Shown here: piece after piece, positions 18,914-29,377 of the stretch
How positions within the stretch are numbered: the first letter of the stretch is position 1
How the letters are laid out: every line of letters begins with the position of its first letter
NCBI GenBank assembly: GCA_045106895.1
Contig: JBGCFM010000074.1
Coordinates: 16,259 to 80,258 of the forward strand
From: Polyangiales bacterium
GTDB lineage: Bacteria > Myxococcota_A > Polyangia > Polyangiales > Houyiibacteriaceae
Length of the DNA: 64,000 bases
Reading direction: 5' to 3'
Program-made: the position numbers and the translations under genes
Notes under the pieces: generated by a model
The model's database searches: none
Told to the model about the DNA's origin: nothing
Seen by the model: only the letters and a program-made list of their open reading frames with translations

Positions 18914-20299
18914 CTAAAGGGGAACGATGCCGGAGCTGTCCACACCCCAAAACACAAAGTCACCGCTGATCTCTCGGGTGCTCGTGTCGAAATCGAGGCT
19001 TCCCGAGGTACCGAGAATGTCGATGCTCTCGCCGGCGGTGAAGGCGTCGATGACGGTCGTCCAAGCGGACATTCGAATGGACACTTCGTCTCCGCTGGAG
19101 AGTCGCCGGAGGCCACGTCCCACGTTGACGGGGTTGATCTCTCCGCCTTCTTGAAGGAGCGCCCAGGCGATGGAGTAGAGGCTGATCCAAGCGGCGTCGT
19201 AGGCGTTGGAGGTAAAGCTCAGGTCGCGCACGTCTTCACTGAAGGTGAGGTTGTATCGCGCGTAGAACGCGTCGAGGGTGACGGCGTCGGGAAGCTGAGG
19301 CCGCGTCCCACGGATTCGCGCGAGGAAAGCCTCTTCATCTGGGATACCATCGACGAGGTCACGGTTCGCCGCCGCGTCGGTGAGGAAAAACGTTCCTTCA
19401 AAGCGCGAGGCATCGTCGGCGGCCTGGAGGAACGCTGTGACTTCGCTCGTGACGGAGGAGACGATGACGATCTCTTCGGCGTTGCCTCGGCCGACCTCGG
19501 CGCTGAGCTCTGAGAGCCGACCTTGAGTCGCGTAGGGGTAGAGCGTGACTTCAATTCCGCCGCCGAGGTTGGCTTCCACCTCCGTGGCGATACCCGTACC
19601 GTAGGAGTTTTCGGCGTGAACGATGGCGATGGAGCTCAAGCCTCGATCCTGAATGTCGGCGGCGATTCGCCTCGCTTGTTCCGCATCCGGCGCCGTGGTG
19701 CGCCAGAAGCGCCCAGGAGATTCGTCCGTCGATGGACCCGAAAGGCTCCCGAGCTCGTCGCTCGATGCGGAGGGCGAGACCAAGATCACATCACTACTGG
19801 CGCCTTCGAAAACCGCTTGAGATGCATCCGAAGAAGGAGGGCCGACGATGGCGACGACGCCAAGTCGCGACATAAAGTCGGTGACGGCGACGGAGGCTTC
19901 GTTTTGGTTCTGCGAGTCGAGAGTCGGGTCGACCTTATTGGTGCAGACGACGAGGCCGAAATCGCGGCCATCGACACCGCCGGACTCATTTGCGTCACGA
20001 ACGGCAAGCTCGACGCTCTGCGCGCGCGCGACGTGGGTGACCTGGGAGTCATCGATGATGGTGCCGATAAGGATGATGCCGGGGTACTCTTCAGGGTTTT
20101 CGTCGAGGTCGACGGGCCAAACAGTCTCGCAGCGTGGCTCGCTGTTGGCAGCCTCGCAGAAGCCACTTTCAAGACAGACAAAACCGACACCGAAGGCGTC
20201 ACGGCAGTCATCATCCACGGAACATGAGTCGACGCTTCCTTGCGTGAAGCTGCAGGAAGCGAGGAGACAAGCGAGGAGTAAGCTCAACCTAGAAAGCAT
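18914..20299 (-). CDS. ABC-type (Leu/Ile/Val-like, periplasmic binding type 1) substrate-binding lipoprotein with N-terminal Cys-rich module
   Basis: Lipobox LASC; LAVRDANESGGVDGR, AIVGPPSS, FWRTTAPDAEQ, YDAA, GTSGSLDFD. Confidence 0.85.
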   Translation of the reverse strand: MLSRLSLLLACLLASCSFTQGSVDSCSVDDDCRDAFGVGFVCLESGFCEAANSEPRCETVWPVDLDENPEEYPGIILIGTIIDDSQVTHVARAQSVELAVRDANESGGVDGRDFGLVVCTNKVDPTLDSQNQNEASVAVTDFMSRLGVVAIVGPPSSDASQAVFEGASSDVILVSPSASSDELGSLSGPSTDESPGRFWRTTAPDAEQARRIAADIQDRGLSSIAIVHAENSYGTGIATEVEANLGGGIEVTLYPYATQGRLSELSAEVGRGNAEEIVIVSSVTSEVTAFLQAADDASRFEGTFFLTDAAANRDLVDGIPDEEAFLARIRGTRPQLPDAVTLDAFYARYNLTFSEDVRDLSFTSNAYDAAWISLYSIAWALLQEGGEINPVNVGRGLRRLSSGDEVSIRMSAWTTVIDAFTAGESIDILGTSGSLDFDTSTREISGDFVFWGVDSSGIVPL

Positions 20300-21050
20300 G
20301 GGACCACCTTGCGTACGCACCCTCTGGAGACGCGACGGCGTCCATGCTGTTCGCGGGCTCTTCTTCATTGTCATCGGTCTTGCGGAGTAAGAAATAGAGG
20401 CCAACACCCACCGCCGCGGCACCGGCGACGAAGAGAACGTCCGCGCCAATGGAGGAGCGGCGATCACGTGTCTGTGCGTCTTCCGCCGCGGCCTGACAAA
20501 AGCGCTGGTCGCCCTGTTCCATGCAGAGCCCATCCAGGTCCGAGCGCGCGCTGTTGGCGCGAAGCGCGAGCACGAGCCCGCCGACAAGGGCAGCGCCACC
20601 GACACCAAGGAGAATCGGGCCAACGGGGCTCATGCCGGGCTCTTCTGGAGGAGCCTCCACGGGATCCGGCGTCGCCGTCATGTCGCGGACGCGGGCGGCG
20701 CGCGAACGCAGGCTCTCAAGGCGCGTCTCGATGCGCGAGGTCTCGCCCTCTTCAGCGTCGGGAAGGTAGCGCTCGAGGCTCTCGATGGCGTCTTCGTACA
20801 TCCCAGTGCGCTCTTGGGCATTGGCCATATTGAAGAGCAGAAGCGGCCGGCGGCGCAGGGCGTAAGCCTCTTCGAAGGCCGCCAGGGCGTCCTCGTAGCG
20901 ACCGTTGGCGTAGTGCTCATCGCCGGCTTGAAAAAGCTCGCGAGCACGTTCTTCGTTTTCTTCGGAGACTTCCTCGGATTGAGCGAGGACAACGCTGTTG
21001 GGGGCCACGAAGAACGCGACGGCCAAAAGCAGGGCAATAAGACGAGCCAT
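20289..21050 (-). CDS. Secreted TPR protein with C-terminal hydrophobic segments
   Basis: Signal peptide; ARELFQAG..Y..GRYEDALAAFEEAY..LLFNMA TPR; typical myxobacterial C-terminus. Confidence 0.85.
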   Translation of the reverse strand: MARLIALLLAVAFFVAPNSVVLAQSEEVSEENEERARELFQAGDEHYANGRYEDALAAFEEAYALRRRPLLLFNMANAQERTGMYEDAIESLERYLPDAEEGETSRIETRLESLRSRAARVRDMTATPDPVEAPPEEPGMSPVGPILLGVGGAALVGGLVLALRANSARSDLDGLCMEQGDQRFCQAAAEDAQTRDRRSSIGADVLFVAGAAAVGVGLYFLLRKTDDNEEEPANSMDAVASPEGAYARWSHAF

Positions 21051-21113
21051 GAGCGGATCATACCCGATCTTGGTCAGGACGTTAGGTTTCCTCCCCGGAC
21101 GGGCTCCAAATGG

Positions 21114-22727
21114 CTAACGCCCCCATGGATCGCGGTTATCGGTCATTCCGGTCATCGAGGTCATGGGCGTCGTCATGGGAGTCTCGACCACGGGGACCTC
21201 CACCATCTCGACCGTTGGAGCGGTCTCCATCACCGTCGTCCGCATGCCTCTTCCTCGTCGGCGACGGAGGCTCACGCTGACCTCTCCCTGACGGTCATTC
21301 ACCTCCACGGTGCGAGTCTCGTAGCCCGTGAGCGTCAACGTAATGCGGCGTGACTCTCCGCTTCGGACCACGATCGTTGTCGGCGAGTCGCCAAGGTCCA
21401 CGCCATCAGCTTCAACACGCGCCCCGGGTGGATCGCTGAGAACCTGGACATCCACGCTCGCAGGCGCGGCTTCACCGGCACCGAGCGCAGGGCTCGGGTC
21501 GGCGGGAGCTTCGGGTGTCTCCGGATCCGTCGTCTCTGTTGCGACGACGGTGTCGGGCGCTGGGTCCTCCCCCGGCCGCAAAGCAAGCCAGAGTCCTACC
21601 GCCAAGAGGGCGCCGAGGGCGATGGCGCCGAAGAGCACCTGACGGAGATTGGGCCCCGCAGCGGCCGCCTCGCCCGCCGCCGTATCCTCCGCGACGACGC
21701 CGCTGACGGAGGCATGCTGCGTGTCCGCGGAGGCGACGAGTTTTCGCTCCGCCGAAGAGAGCGGGCGAGCCACATTCGTCACGCCGAGGGGTGCTTGGAC
21801 GGGCACAGGGACCGCCGACGCGCGCGGCAGACTTGAGTTTGCGGTGTCGGTGTCTTCGGGACAGAACGCCAGCGCGCGAGCCAGGGCTTCCATCGAGTCG
21901 TAGCGCTCCTCGGGGTTCTTCCGGAGGCAGCGCATGACGACTTGTTCCAGCTCCCGGCTCGCCGGCGTGTCGGGGTCGACTTCGCGAATGGATGGAGCCG
22001 CTTCGTTCATGTGACTCGCGAGAAGCACGAACTTCGACTCCGAGTCGAAGGGCGGGCGCCCCGTGATCATGTGATAGAGGATGGCGCCGAGAGCGTAGAT
22101 GTCCGCGCCGGGCCCGATCTTCGTGTTGCTGATCTGCTCCGGCGCCATGTAACGCGGAGTGCCGAGGAGCGCGCCGCTTTGAGTGAGGCCGTTGTCCTCT
22201 TGTTTGACGAGACCAAAGTCGAGGACTTTGACGAAGTTGGGATCGTTGCCGCGTGCCGTCAGCATCACATTGCTGGGCTTGAGGTCGCGGTGGACCATGC
22301 CTTGATCGTGGGCGCCGCCGATGGAGCCGCATATCTGCAGCGCAATGTGAATCGCACGAGAAGGATCGACGGTGCCGTCCCGCACGATGAGGTCTTGAAG
22401 CGTCTCCCCGTTGAGGAGCTCCATGGCGATGAAGACATCGTCGTCTTCGGTTTTTCCGTAGTCATACACGACGACGGTGTTCGGGTGCTGGAGCTGAGCG
22501 CACGACGCAGCTTCCAAAAAGAAGCGCTGCTGAAAGTCCTCGATGGCGGCCTGGCCCTCGAGCTGGTCGAGGTCGAGGACCTTAAGCGCAACCTCGCGAC
22601 CGAGCGGTTTTTGAATCGCGCGATACACCCTTCCCATGCCGCCGCGGGCGAGGGGATCCATGACCTCGTACTTTCCCGCGAGGGTCAGTCCGACAAAAGG
22701 GTCACGGCGTTTGGCCTTGGGTGGCAC
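21114..22727 (-). CDS. Membrane Ser/Thr protein kinase with PEGA domain
   Basis: GGMGRVY, VALK, HRDLKPSN, DFG, GTPRYMAPE; TM helix; SDPPGARV..DG PEGA. Confidence 0.95.
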   Translation of the reverse strand: MPPKAKRRDPFVGLTLAGKYEVMDPLARGGMGRVYRAIQKPLGREVALKVLDLDQLEGQAAIEDFQQRFFLEAASCAQLQHPNTVVVYDYGKTEDDDVFIAMELLNGETLQDLIVRDGTVDPSRAIHIALQICGSIGGAHDQGMVHRDLKPSNVMLTARGNDPNFVKVLDFGLVKQEDNGLTQSGALLGTPRYMAPEQISNTKIGPGADIYALGAILYHMITGRPPFDSESKFVLLASHMNEAAPSIREVDPDTPASRELEQVVMRCLRKNPEERYDSMEALARALAFCPEDTDTANSSLPRASAVPVPVQAPLGVTNVARPLSSAERKLVASADTQHASVSGVVAEDTAAGEAAAAGPNLRQVLFGAIALGALLAVGLWLALRPGEDPAPDTVVATETTDPETPEAPADPSPALGAGEAAPASVDVQVLSDPPGARVEADGVDLGDSPTTIVVRSGESRRITLTLTGYETRTVEVNDRQGEVSVSLRRRRGRGMRTTVMETAPTVEMVEVPVVETPMTTPMTSMTGMTDNRDPWGR

Positions 22728-22837
22728 GGGCGCAGGATACCACCCCCAGCCCTGGGGTCCACGGCCAACAAATGCTGGAAGCTCCTGGTGAATCTGCAGT
22801 TGGTGACCGACGCGGCGAAGACGTGGTAGACGGCGAC

Positions 22838-23659
22838 ATGTCCAAGCCGAGAGCCAAGCTTTTCCGAGTGTATTCGTGGAATGTGAACGGAATTCGTGCC
22901 GCCGCGAAGAAGGGCATGGCGGACTGGATGAAAACAGCGCGCGCCGATGTCATCGGCATGCAGGAGACTCGCGCGCTGCCTGAACAGCTCGATCCTGAAG
23001 TGCTCAAACCCAAACGCTGGCGCAGTCACTTCGTATCCGCCGTGCGAAAAGGCTACAGCGGGGTGGGGATGTACTCTCGGCGAGAGCCCGACCACATCGA
23101 AGCGCTCTCCCTCGGCGAGGAGCGTTTCGATGATGAAGGTCGGCTCCAGCTTGCGCGCTTCGGCGAGCTGACCATCGTAAACGGTTACTTTCCAAACGGG
23201 TCCGGGAAGAACCGCGACCACTCCCGTGTGCCTTATAAGCTCGACTTCTACCGCAAGCTCTACGCGCTCCTCGAAGAAGGAAAAAAGCGTGGCGACAAGA
23301 TCGTGGTGATGGGCGACTTCAACACCGCTCACGAAGACATCGACTTGGCGCGGCCAAAACAGAACAAGAAGACGAGCGGGTTCTTGGCCGAGGAACGACA
23401 GGAGCTAGACCGCTGGATTCAAAACGGTTGGAGCGACAGCTTCAGGCAGTTCGAAGCCGGCCCAGATCACTACTCTTGGTGGAGCAACCGTGTTGGTGTT
23501 CGCGAGAAGAACATCGGCTGGCGCATCGACTATATGCTGACGTCCCCCGGGCTGACGCCCCACGTGCTCAAGGCGGCCATTCATCCAAAGGTCATGGGCT
23601 CGGACCATTGTCCGATCAGCGTGGATCTCGACCCAAGCGTCGTCGATCCGGAAGATTAG
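22838..23659 (+). CDS. xth: Exodeoxyribonuclease III
   Basis: SWNVNGIRA, QET, GYSGV, GDFN, GWRIDY, GSDHCP. Confidence 0.95.
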   Translation: MSKPRAKLFRVYSWNVNGIRAAAKKGMADWMKTARADVIGMQETRALPEQLDPEVLKPKRWRSHFVSAVRKGYSGVGMYSRREPDHIEALSLGEERFDDEGRLQLARFGELTIVNGYFPNGSGKNRDHSRVPYKLDFYRKLYALLEEGKKRGDKIVVMGDFNTAHEDIDLARPKQNKKTSGFLAEERQELDRWIQNGWSDSFRQFEAGPDHYSWWSNRVGVREKNIGWRIDYMLTSPGLTPHVLKAAIHPKVMGSDHCPISVDLDPSVVDPED

Positions 23660-23669
23660 AGAGCGACTC

Positions 23670-24287
23670 GTGACGGAATCCATGGGCCCCTCAGAGAAGA
23701 TCCTCGCCGCCGCCCGCGTGGTCATCGAAGAAAAAGGCGTGGACTCTTTTTCCCTTCGAGCTGTGGCTGCCAAGGCCGGCGTCAGCCTCGGCACCGTCAC
23801 CTACTACTACCCGAACCGTTCAGCCCTCGTCGAAGCGTGCCTTGAGTCGCTTCACACGCTGCACCGCGAAGCCATCGAGCTGGTGTCGCGCGGCCTCTCG
23901 GAGGGCCGGAGCTTTGCGGAGATGGCCAGCGCCCTCGTCGACAGTCTGTTCCCTCGCTTGCTCGACGAGCGTGAATGGATCCGTGTGCGAATGCTCGGCA
24001 TCCTTAAGGACGACGGACTGCCCGAGCGCCAACGCAACCGTGTTCTTGCGCCGGCGGTGGAGCTGGGTGCGGCCCAGCTGGAGGCGACCACGAAGCTGAA
24101 CACCGCTGAGGCGCGCATGATGGTCAACGCGCTCATCTTTGTCGTCTCTCGCTTCGCGATCTTGTCGCCTGTGGAGCTTCTTCTCCTTACGCAGGAAGAG
24201 GACCTCGACGCCGCAGAAACCAAGACCCGCGCGTTTCTCGTGAGCTTGGTGGAGCGCTTGCTCCGAGACGAGGCACCTGCGGCGTGA
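23670..24287 (+). CDS. TetR/AcrR family regulator
   Basis: ILAAARVVI..G...SLRAVAAKAGVSLGTVTYYYPNRSAL HTH. Confidence 0.92.
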   Translation: MTESMGPSEKILAAARVVIEEKGVDSFSLRAVAAKAGVSLGTVTYYYPNRSALVEACLESLHTLHREAIELVSRGLSEGRSFAEMASALVDSLFPRLLDEREWIRVRMLGILKDDGLPERQRNRVLAPAVELGAAQLEATTKLNTAEARMMVNALIFVVSRFAILSPVELLLLTQEEDLDAAETKTRAFLVSLVERLLRDEAPAA

Positions 24288-24469
24288 GTCCCTCCCGCGG
24301 TGGCGACGGATCTGGCTTTCGCGGCACGCATCCAGCGCCATGGATGCTCATTGGTCACGGAAAGTGGCGAGACGAGCGACGCGAGCTCCGCCGCCCGTGT
24401 GCTCCAGTGCGCTTCCGCCGCATCCGAGTAGCCATCGACGTTTCCGGCGACTTGCACTAAGTAGGGCTC

Positions 24470-26176
24470 TTGGAGCAAATCCACGGCAACACCTCGGGCC
24501 TAAGCCCATCGGAAACCAAGGCCCTTCAGCGTCTGTACCGGCGCAAGGTGCCTATGGACCAGCTCACCACGCAGGAACTCTCACGTTCCATCGCGGAGGT
24601 GTCGCATTCGACGGGCCGCCAGATCGGCGTGCTCGTGTCCCGCTCCGGGAAAATCGAACACGTCGTCATCGGCGACGCGGCAAAACTCATGCTGCCGGAT
24701 ATGGGACGACTGCGAGCGGGCGCGGGGCGTCTTCGTGGGCTCCGGCTGATTCACACCCACCTCGGCAACGAGCCGCTTTCGCGCGATGACCTCGTCGATC
24801 TGACGCGGCTTCGTTTGGACCTCGTCGCCGCCATCTGCATCAACCCGGCGGACGGAACGCCGACGTGGATCTACTACGGCCACTGTGTTCCGGGGACGAG
24901 CAAAGAAGGCACCACACAGCCGCCCTACCGAACTTTTGGCCCGCTCTCGCATCAGCGCACCAAGGTCAACGTCGGCGAGCTCGTGGCAGGACTCGAACAA
25001 GAGTTCGCCCGGGTCGCACGTTCCCACGCCACCGAAGCACGTGACGGCCGCGCGATCCTCGTCCACGTCACGGACAAAAAGAACGCGGGCAAATCCGAAG
25101 AGTCGATGCTCGAACTCTCGGAGCTCGCGCGCACCGCCGGCGTCAACGTGGTCGACCAAGTGCTTCAGGTGCGCGCCAAGGTGGACCCGAAGTTTGTCCT
25201 CGGACGCGGCAAGCTTGAAGACGTGGTCATCCTCGCCATGCAAAAAGACGCCGAGGTGCTCATCTTCGACCGAGAGCTGCGTGCAAACCAAGCCGCCGCC
25301 ATCGCGGGCATGACGGACCTCAAGGTCATCGACCGGACGCAGCTCATCTTGGACATCTTCGCCCAGCGCGCTCAGAGCCGCGACGGCAAACTGCAAGTTG
25401 AGCTGGCGCAGATGAAGTACCTGCTGCCGCGCCTCGGCCAGAAAGACGACGCGCTGAGTCGCCTCACCGGCGGCATTGGCGGGCGAGGTCCCGGTGAAAC
25501 GAAACTCGAGATCGGGCGACGCAAAGCGCGCGAGCGTATCGACCGGCTCAAGAAGCAGCTCAAGCAGCTCGAGAAGCAGCGGAAGCAGCGGCGCTCACGG
25601 AGACGCCGCGGGGATGTGAAGGTAGCCGCCATCGTTGGCTACACCAACGCCGGGAAAAGCACGCTCCTCAACACGCTCACCGGGGCCGAGGTCCTTGCCG
25701 AGAACAAGCTCTTCGCGACGCTCGATACACGTGCGCGCCGCGCATACCTTCCGAGCGGCAACGAAATCGTCATCACGGACACCGTCGGCTTTATCCGCGA
25801 CCTGCCCAAAGACCTCTTCGCGGCGTTCCGCGCAACCTTCGAGGAAGCCGCAGATGCGGACGTGCTCTTGCACATCGTCGACGGCTCCGACCCCCAGCAC
25901 GAGGAGCATATCCGGACGACGGAAGAGCTTCTCCTGCAGCTCGGGCTTGAGGCCATGCCTCGTCTTGTCGTCTACAACAAAACCGACCAGCTCGACGCGC
26001 GCCGTGCGGCGATGATGGCCCACGCGCACGACGGCGTCGCCATCAGCGCGCTGGAACGCCAGAGCCTCCAGCCCCTCGTGCGGCGCCTCGACCGCATTCT
26101 TTTCCGTGCAGAACGTGCTTCAGCGGCGGGCGCGACGAAGAGCGAAGAGACCGACGCCAACGCAGAGGCTCACTAG
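24470..26176 (+). CDS. hflX: GTPase HflX (long N-terminal form)
   Basis: IDRTQLILDIFAQRA, GIGGRGPGETKLE, GYTNAGKS, DTVGF, NKTD. Confidence 0.96.
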   Translation: MEQIHGNTSGLSPSETKALQRLYRRKVPMDQLTTQELSRSIAEVSHSTGRQIGVLVSRSGKIEHVVIGDAAKLMLPDMGRLRAGAGRLRGLRLIHTHLGNEPLSRDDLVDLTRLRLDLVAAICINPADGTPTWIYYGHCVPGTSKEGTTQPPYRTFGPLSHQRTKVNVGELVAGLEQEFARVARSHATEARDGRAILVHVTDKKNAGKSEESMLELSELARTAGVNVVDQVLQVRAKVDPKFVLGRGKLEDVVILAMQKDAEVLIFDRELRANQAAAIAGMTDLKVIDRTQLILDIFAQRAQSRDGKLQVELAQMKYLLPRLGQKDDALSRLTGGIGGRGPGETKLEIGRRKARERIDRLKKQLKQLEKQRKQRRSRRRRGDVKVAAIVGYTNAGKSTLLNTLTGAEVLAENKLFATLDTRARRAYLPSGNEIVITDTVGFIRDLPKDLFAAFRATFEEAADADVLLHIVDGSDPQHEEHIRTTEELLLQLGLEAMPRLVVYNKTDQLDARRAAMMAHAHDGVAISALERQSLQPLVRRLDRILFRAERASAAGATKSEETDANAEAH

Positions 26177-26368
26177 AGCGACGCCGAGGCCGAGGACGCC
26201 TGCTTTCCCGCCGAGCTTCCAGACCGGCCATAAGAGCGGGTGAACGCTCTCGGCGCCCATCGACAGAGAGCGCCATGTCGCACCAAAACTGAGGGCAAAG
26301 AGTACGCCGACAGCGATCAAGCAGCCGCCGCCGGCCCGCAGCTCCTGCGCCGAGTCACGCTCGTGCAA
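26120..26368 (-). CDS. Small two-TM membrane protein
   Basis: Two hydrophobic segments, basic C-terminus; directly follows the upstream minus-strand gene; 3' overlap with hflX. Confidence 0.45.
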   Translation of the reverse strand: MHERDSAQELRAGGGCLIAVGVLFALSFGATWRSLSMGAESVHPLLWPVWKLGGKAGVLGLGVALVSLCVGVGLFALRRARR

Positions 26369-26374
26369 GGGGCG

Positions 26375-27484
26375 CTACGTCTTCTTCTTGGGCTTGAGCC
26401 CGACGCGGCCACCCTTGACCACCACCTCGAAGTCGACGTTCGCCGAGCCGTACTTCTGGCGAAGCTTCGGTTCCATCGCGCGGATCTTTTTGGCGAGCTT
26501 TTCGCGGGAGAGGTTGTCGACGCGTTCGTTGTTCTGCTTCTTCGCGGACACGTACTTGTCGTAGACGCGCTGAAGGTCGCCGTCGGAGAGGCTGGAGCGA
26601 CCCGCCGCAGGCTTGGGTGCGGAGCGGAGCGCAGCTGGAGTACGCGGCGTAGCGCGGGGAGTCACGGCACGAGGCGAGAGAGTGGGCGTTGTTGGTGAGC
26701 TGCGTGTTGGTGAGCTACGCGGCGGCGGCGGTGGCGCCGCGCGGCGCCCTGGCGAAGGCGGTGGCGGTGGCGGTGGCGGCGCAGCTCGCCCATGAGAAGG
26801 CGGTGGAGGCGGCACGGGTCGGTGTCTCCCCGGCTGTGGTGCGGCTGGAGGCTCCGGTGGTGCAGGGGTACCCGTGATGGCCGGGGGTTGCGAGATTCGT
26901 GAGCGAGCGACGGGACGACCAAAACGCTTGCTGACGAGCGGCGGCGCTTCCGCCGGCGCAGGAGCGCCGGGGGTGGGAGCACGCGGCGTTGGCGGCATGG
27001 GAGCGCTGCGCGTTGGAGCGCTTGGCGCGATCGGCTTAGGGGCCTCAAGAGCCGCCAGAGCGGCGCCGATCTCCGAATCAAAGTCGGCGTCGAGGTCCAG
27101 TTCAAGCGGCGCCTCATGCCGGGGCTGAGCCGCCGCCGCTTCGGGCTGACTCGCACGCGCTTCCTGCGCCTCGATCTTCTTCCGGCGCTGCTTCGCCTTC
27201 TTCACGTCGCGACGGAACGTTCCTTCTTCAATCTGGCGCGTGATGCGCTGCCAGTATGTGTTCATCGTCGTCCAACGCGAGAACACCGCTTGAAAACGGT
27301 AACGCATCGCCGTGTTGTTGGGCTGCTCGCGCCTCAGCTGCCGCAGGCGTCGCTCGAGGCGCTCCTTTTGGCGCATTGGCGGAACGCGCTCGATGCCCTG
27401 GATCCATTGCTCATAGCGCGACTTGAGAAGGCCGAGTTCGCCTTCCAAGTCCTTGATCATCGCTTCGAACTCCGCCTTATTCAT
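26375..27484 (-). CDS. MXAN_5187 C-terminal domain protein with Pro-rich linker
   Basis: YEQWIQGIERVPP..., NTAMRYRF, IEEGTFRR; C-terminal YVSAK...VDFEVVVKGGRVGLK. Confidence 0.85.
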   Translation of the reverse strand: MNKAEFEAMIKDLEGELGLLKSRYEQWIQGIERVPPMRQKERLERRLRQLRREQPNNTAMRYRFQAVFSRWTTMNTYWQRITRQIEEGTFRRDVKKAKQRRKKIEAQEARASQPEAAAAQPRHEAPLELDLDADFDSEIGAALAALEAPKPIAPSAPTRSAPMPPTPRAPTPGAPAPAEAPPLVSKRFGRPVARSRISQPPAITGTPAPPEPPAAPQPGRHRPVPPPPPSHGRAAPPPPPPPPSPGRRAAPPPPPRSSPTRSSPTTPTLSPRAVTPRATPRTPAALRSAPKPAAGRSSLSDGDLQRVYDKYVSAKKQNNERVDNLSREKLAKKIRAMEPKLRQKYGSANVDFEVVVKGGRVGLKPKKKT

Positions 27485-27493
27485 CGTTCGTTT

Positions 27494-28111
27494 TTATAAC
27501 GGCGTGATCACCAAGTTGTCGAAGTAGAGATCCGACTGCCAGTTGTTGAAAGCGAAATGGTCATGACCACGGCCTTCGAGGGGGTCGGAGTCATCCATCG
27601 TAGCGAGCTCCTCGCCATCCACCCAGGCGGTGATGGTGTCGCCGTTTCGCTCGATCTTCAGGTGATACACCTGGTCCATCTCGACGCGGCGCGCGGGCCC
27701 GACGGCACGATCGTCGGCGTGCTCGTCCATGCGGGCGATGAGGTTGGTGGAGTTGTCCCAGCCACCAAAGATGATGACGTAGCTCGTCGCCGTGTAGGCC
27801 TCGCTCTCAGCGCGGCTCGTGCCATCTCCGAACACCTCGAGCTTGATGTCTCCTTCTGGGGACATGCTCTTCACGTCGACTTCGATGCGAACGTTGCGCG
27901 GGAGCACGCGTCGCAGCCAAAGAGGCTTGTTTCGCGCTCCCCGGACATGAAGCCAGCCGTCTCGGAGCTCGTATGGGCCGCCGGTGTTGTGCCAAACGTC
28001 CCCAAGCTGGTCGCGGTCGAAGTCATCGCGAAAGCCATCGGCGGGAATACCGGGGTCTCCCTGCGGGGTGCAGGCGAAGAGGCCAAGGATCAAGAATAAG
28101 CTCGCTCTCAC
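27494..28111 (-). CDS. Lipoprotein with concanavalin/lectin-like beta-sandwich
   Basis: Lipobox LFAC; FRDDFDR..LG..W, IFGGW, AWVDG, YFDNLVI; GTG 28111 chosen from TATGCT-N6. Confidence 0.7.
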   Translation of the reverse strand: MRASLFLILGLFACTPQGDPGIPADGFRDDFDRDQLGDVWHNTGGPYELRDGWLHVRGARNKPLWLRRVLPRNVRIEVDVKSMSPEGDIKLEVFGDGTSRAESEAYTATSYVIIFGGWDNSTNLIARMDEHADDRAVGPARRVEMDQVYHLKIERNGDTITAWVDGEELATMDDSDPLEGRGHDHFAFNNWQSDLYFDNLVITPL

Positions 28112-28192
28112 GGGGCGGAGCATAGCAGAAACGGACCCCATCGCAGATCCCCTAAACGTTCCTCCTAGTACGAAACCTGTGCTTCGCGGCGC

Positions 28193-29128
28193 TTAGGGGT
28201 GAGCGGCGCGGTGGAGCGCACTGGACGCCGAGGACATAGCGGAGCGCACCGCGGCGCTGAGGGCCTGACCTGCGAGGCGGGTCTCTTGCTCACGGCGTCC
28301 GGCGCGGCGAAGCACCTCGGAGCCCGTGGCGGCGCCGCTCATCATGCCGCGAAGGTCGCGACCCGGCTCCGTGAGGACGACGAGGTTGACCTCGCATCGG
28401 ACCAAAACCTCCCGCGCTCTGCGGCTCCGGTTGACGTTGACGAGGTTGCCGTCGAGGCGAAGCGTCGGGAGACTGCGGCGCTGGATCTGACGGCGCGCCT
28501 GCGCTGGAATGGCGCGCGCCGATTCGAACACGGCGACTCCTCGAAGCAGGTTGAGGTTGCGGCGAACGTGGGAACGAAAGTCGCCGAGGAGAGGTTCTGC
28601 GTTTCGGTAGTTGCTCTGGTTCTCGACGTCGCCAAGGACCACGACGTAGCGGATGCGCGGCCAAGAGATTTCATTGGCGCGCGGGATCGTCACAGTGGCG
28701 GGATAGATGCCGCCGCTTCCGCTCGGAACACGTCGAGCGGCTGTGGGAGCGACCGTCGCGGTGGAAGAGAGCATCTCCAGCGAGCGGGTGACCTGCATAC
28801 GGACGGCGGCGGAGTCGTCGCGTCGAGCGCGTCTCAAAGCCCGCCTGGCCCGCGCATCGCCGAGGCGACCAAGGGCCGTCGCGGCGGCGGCACGAACAGC
28901 TGGGTTGGGTTCGCGAAGTGCGCGCTCCAGGTGGCGCCGCATGCTTGCGTCACGCGTGTTGCCCAGGGCAAACGCCGCTTGGACACGGACACGAAAATCA
29001 GCGCCGCTTCGAAGCGTCCGAATAATGACGGACGTATCTTGAGCGCTGCTCGGCAAAACCGCCGATAGCGCGAACGCACATGCGAGGATCGCACTGCCTA
29101 TGCCCAAATATTTTCGCTTCGATCTCAC
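28193..29128 (-). CDS. Secreted HEAT-repeat protein
   Basis: Signal peptide; DFRVRVQAAFALG, NPAVRAAAATALGRLG. Confidence 0.8.
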   Translation of the reverse strand: MRSKRKYLGIGSAILACAFALSAVLPSSAQDTSVIIRTLRSGADFRVRVQAAFALGNTRDASMRRHLERALREPNPAVRAAAATALGRLGDARARRALRRARRDDSAAVRMQVTRSLEMLSSTATVAPTAARRVPSGSGGIYPATVTIPRANEISWPRIRYVVVLGDVENQSNYRNAEPLLGDFRSHVRRNLNLLRGVAVFESARAIPAQARRQIQRRSLPTLRLDGNLVNVNRSRRAREVLVRCEVNLVVLTEPGRDLRGMMSGAATGSEVLRRAGRREQETRLAGQALSAAVRSAMSSASSALHRAAHP

Positions 29129-29377
29129 GCGCCCTAGACCTCAAATCGGTACGGAAGGATAAGCGATGTGCCATGTAGGGCATCAACTACCTCTGTCGCA
29201 CAACCTGCGTGCAACAACCCTCGTATTGGAACAGCCTGCCCCGTTTTCAGCGCAAAGTATTCCCGCACTCAGGTGAGAACCATCTGCTTTTCTAGGACGA
29301 AGCTCGGGTCCGAGGATTCAGATTCTTTTTTGGGCGAGGACTGGAGGGCGATGGAACTTTCTTCCGCCCAGGGTCTT

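Noticed and set aside
29157..29173. TGGCAC on minus strand upstream of HEAT-repeat gene as sigma-54 site
   Set aside because: The -12 element reads TTAT, lacking the required GC
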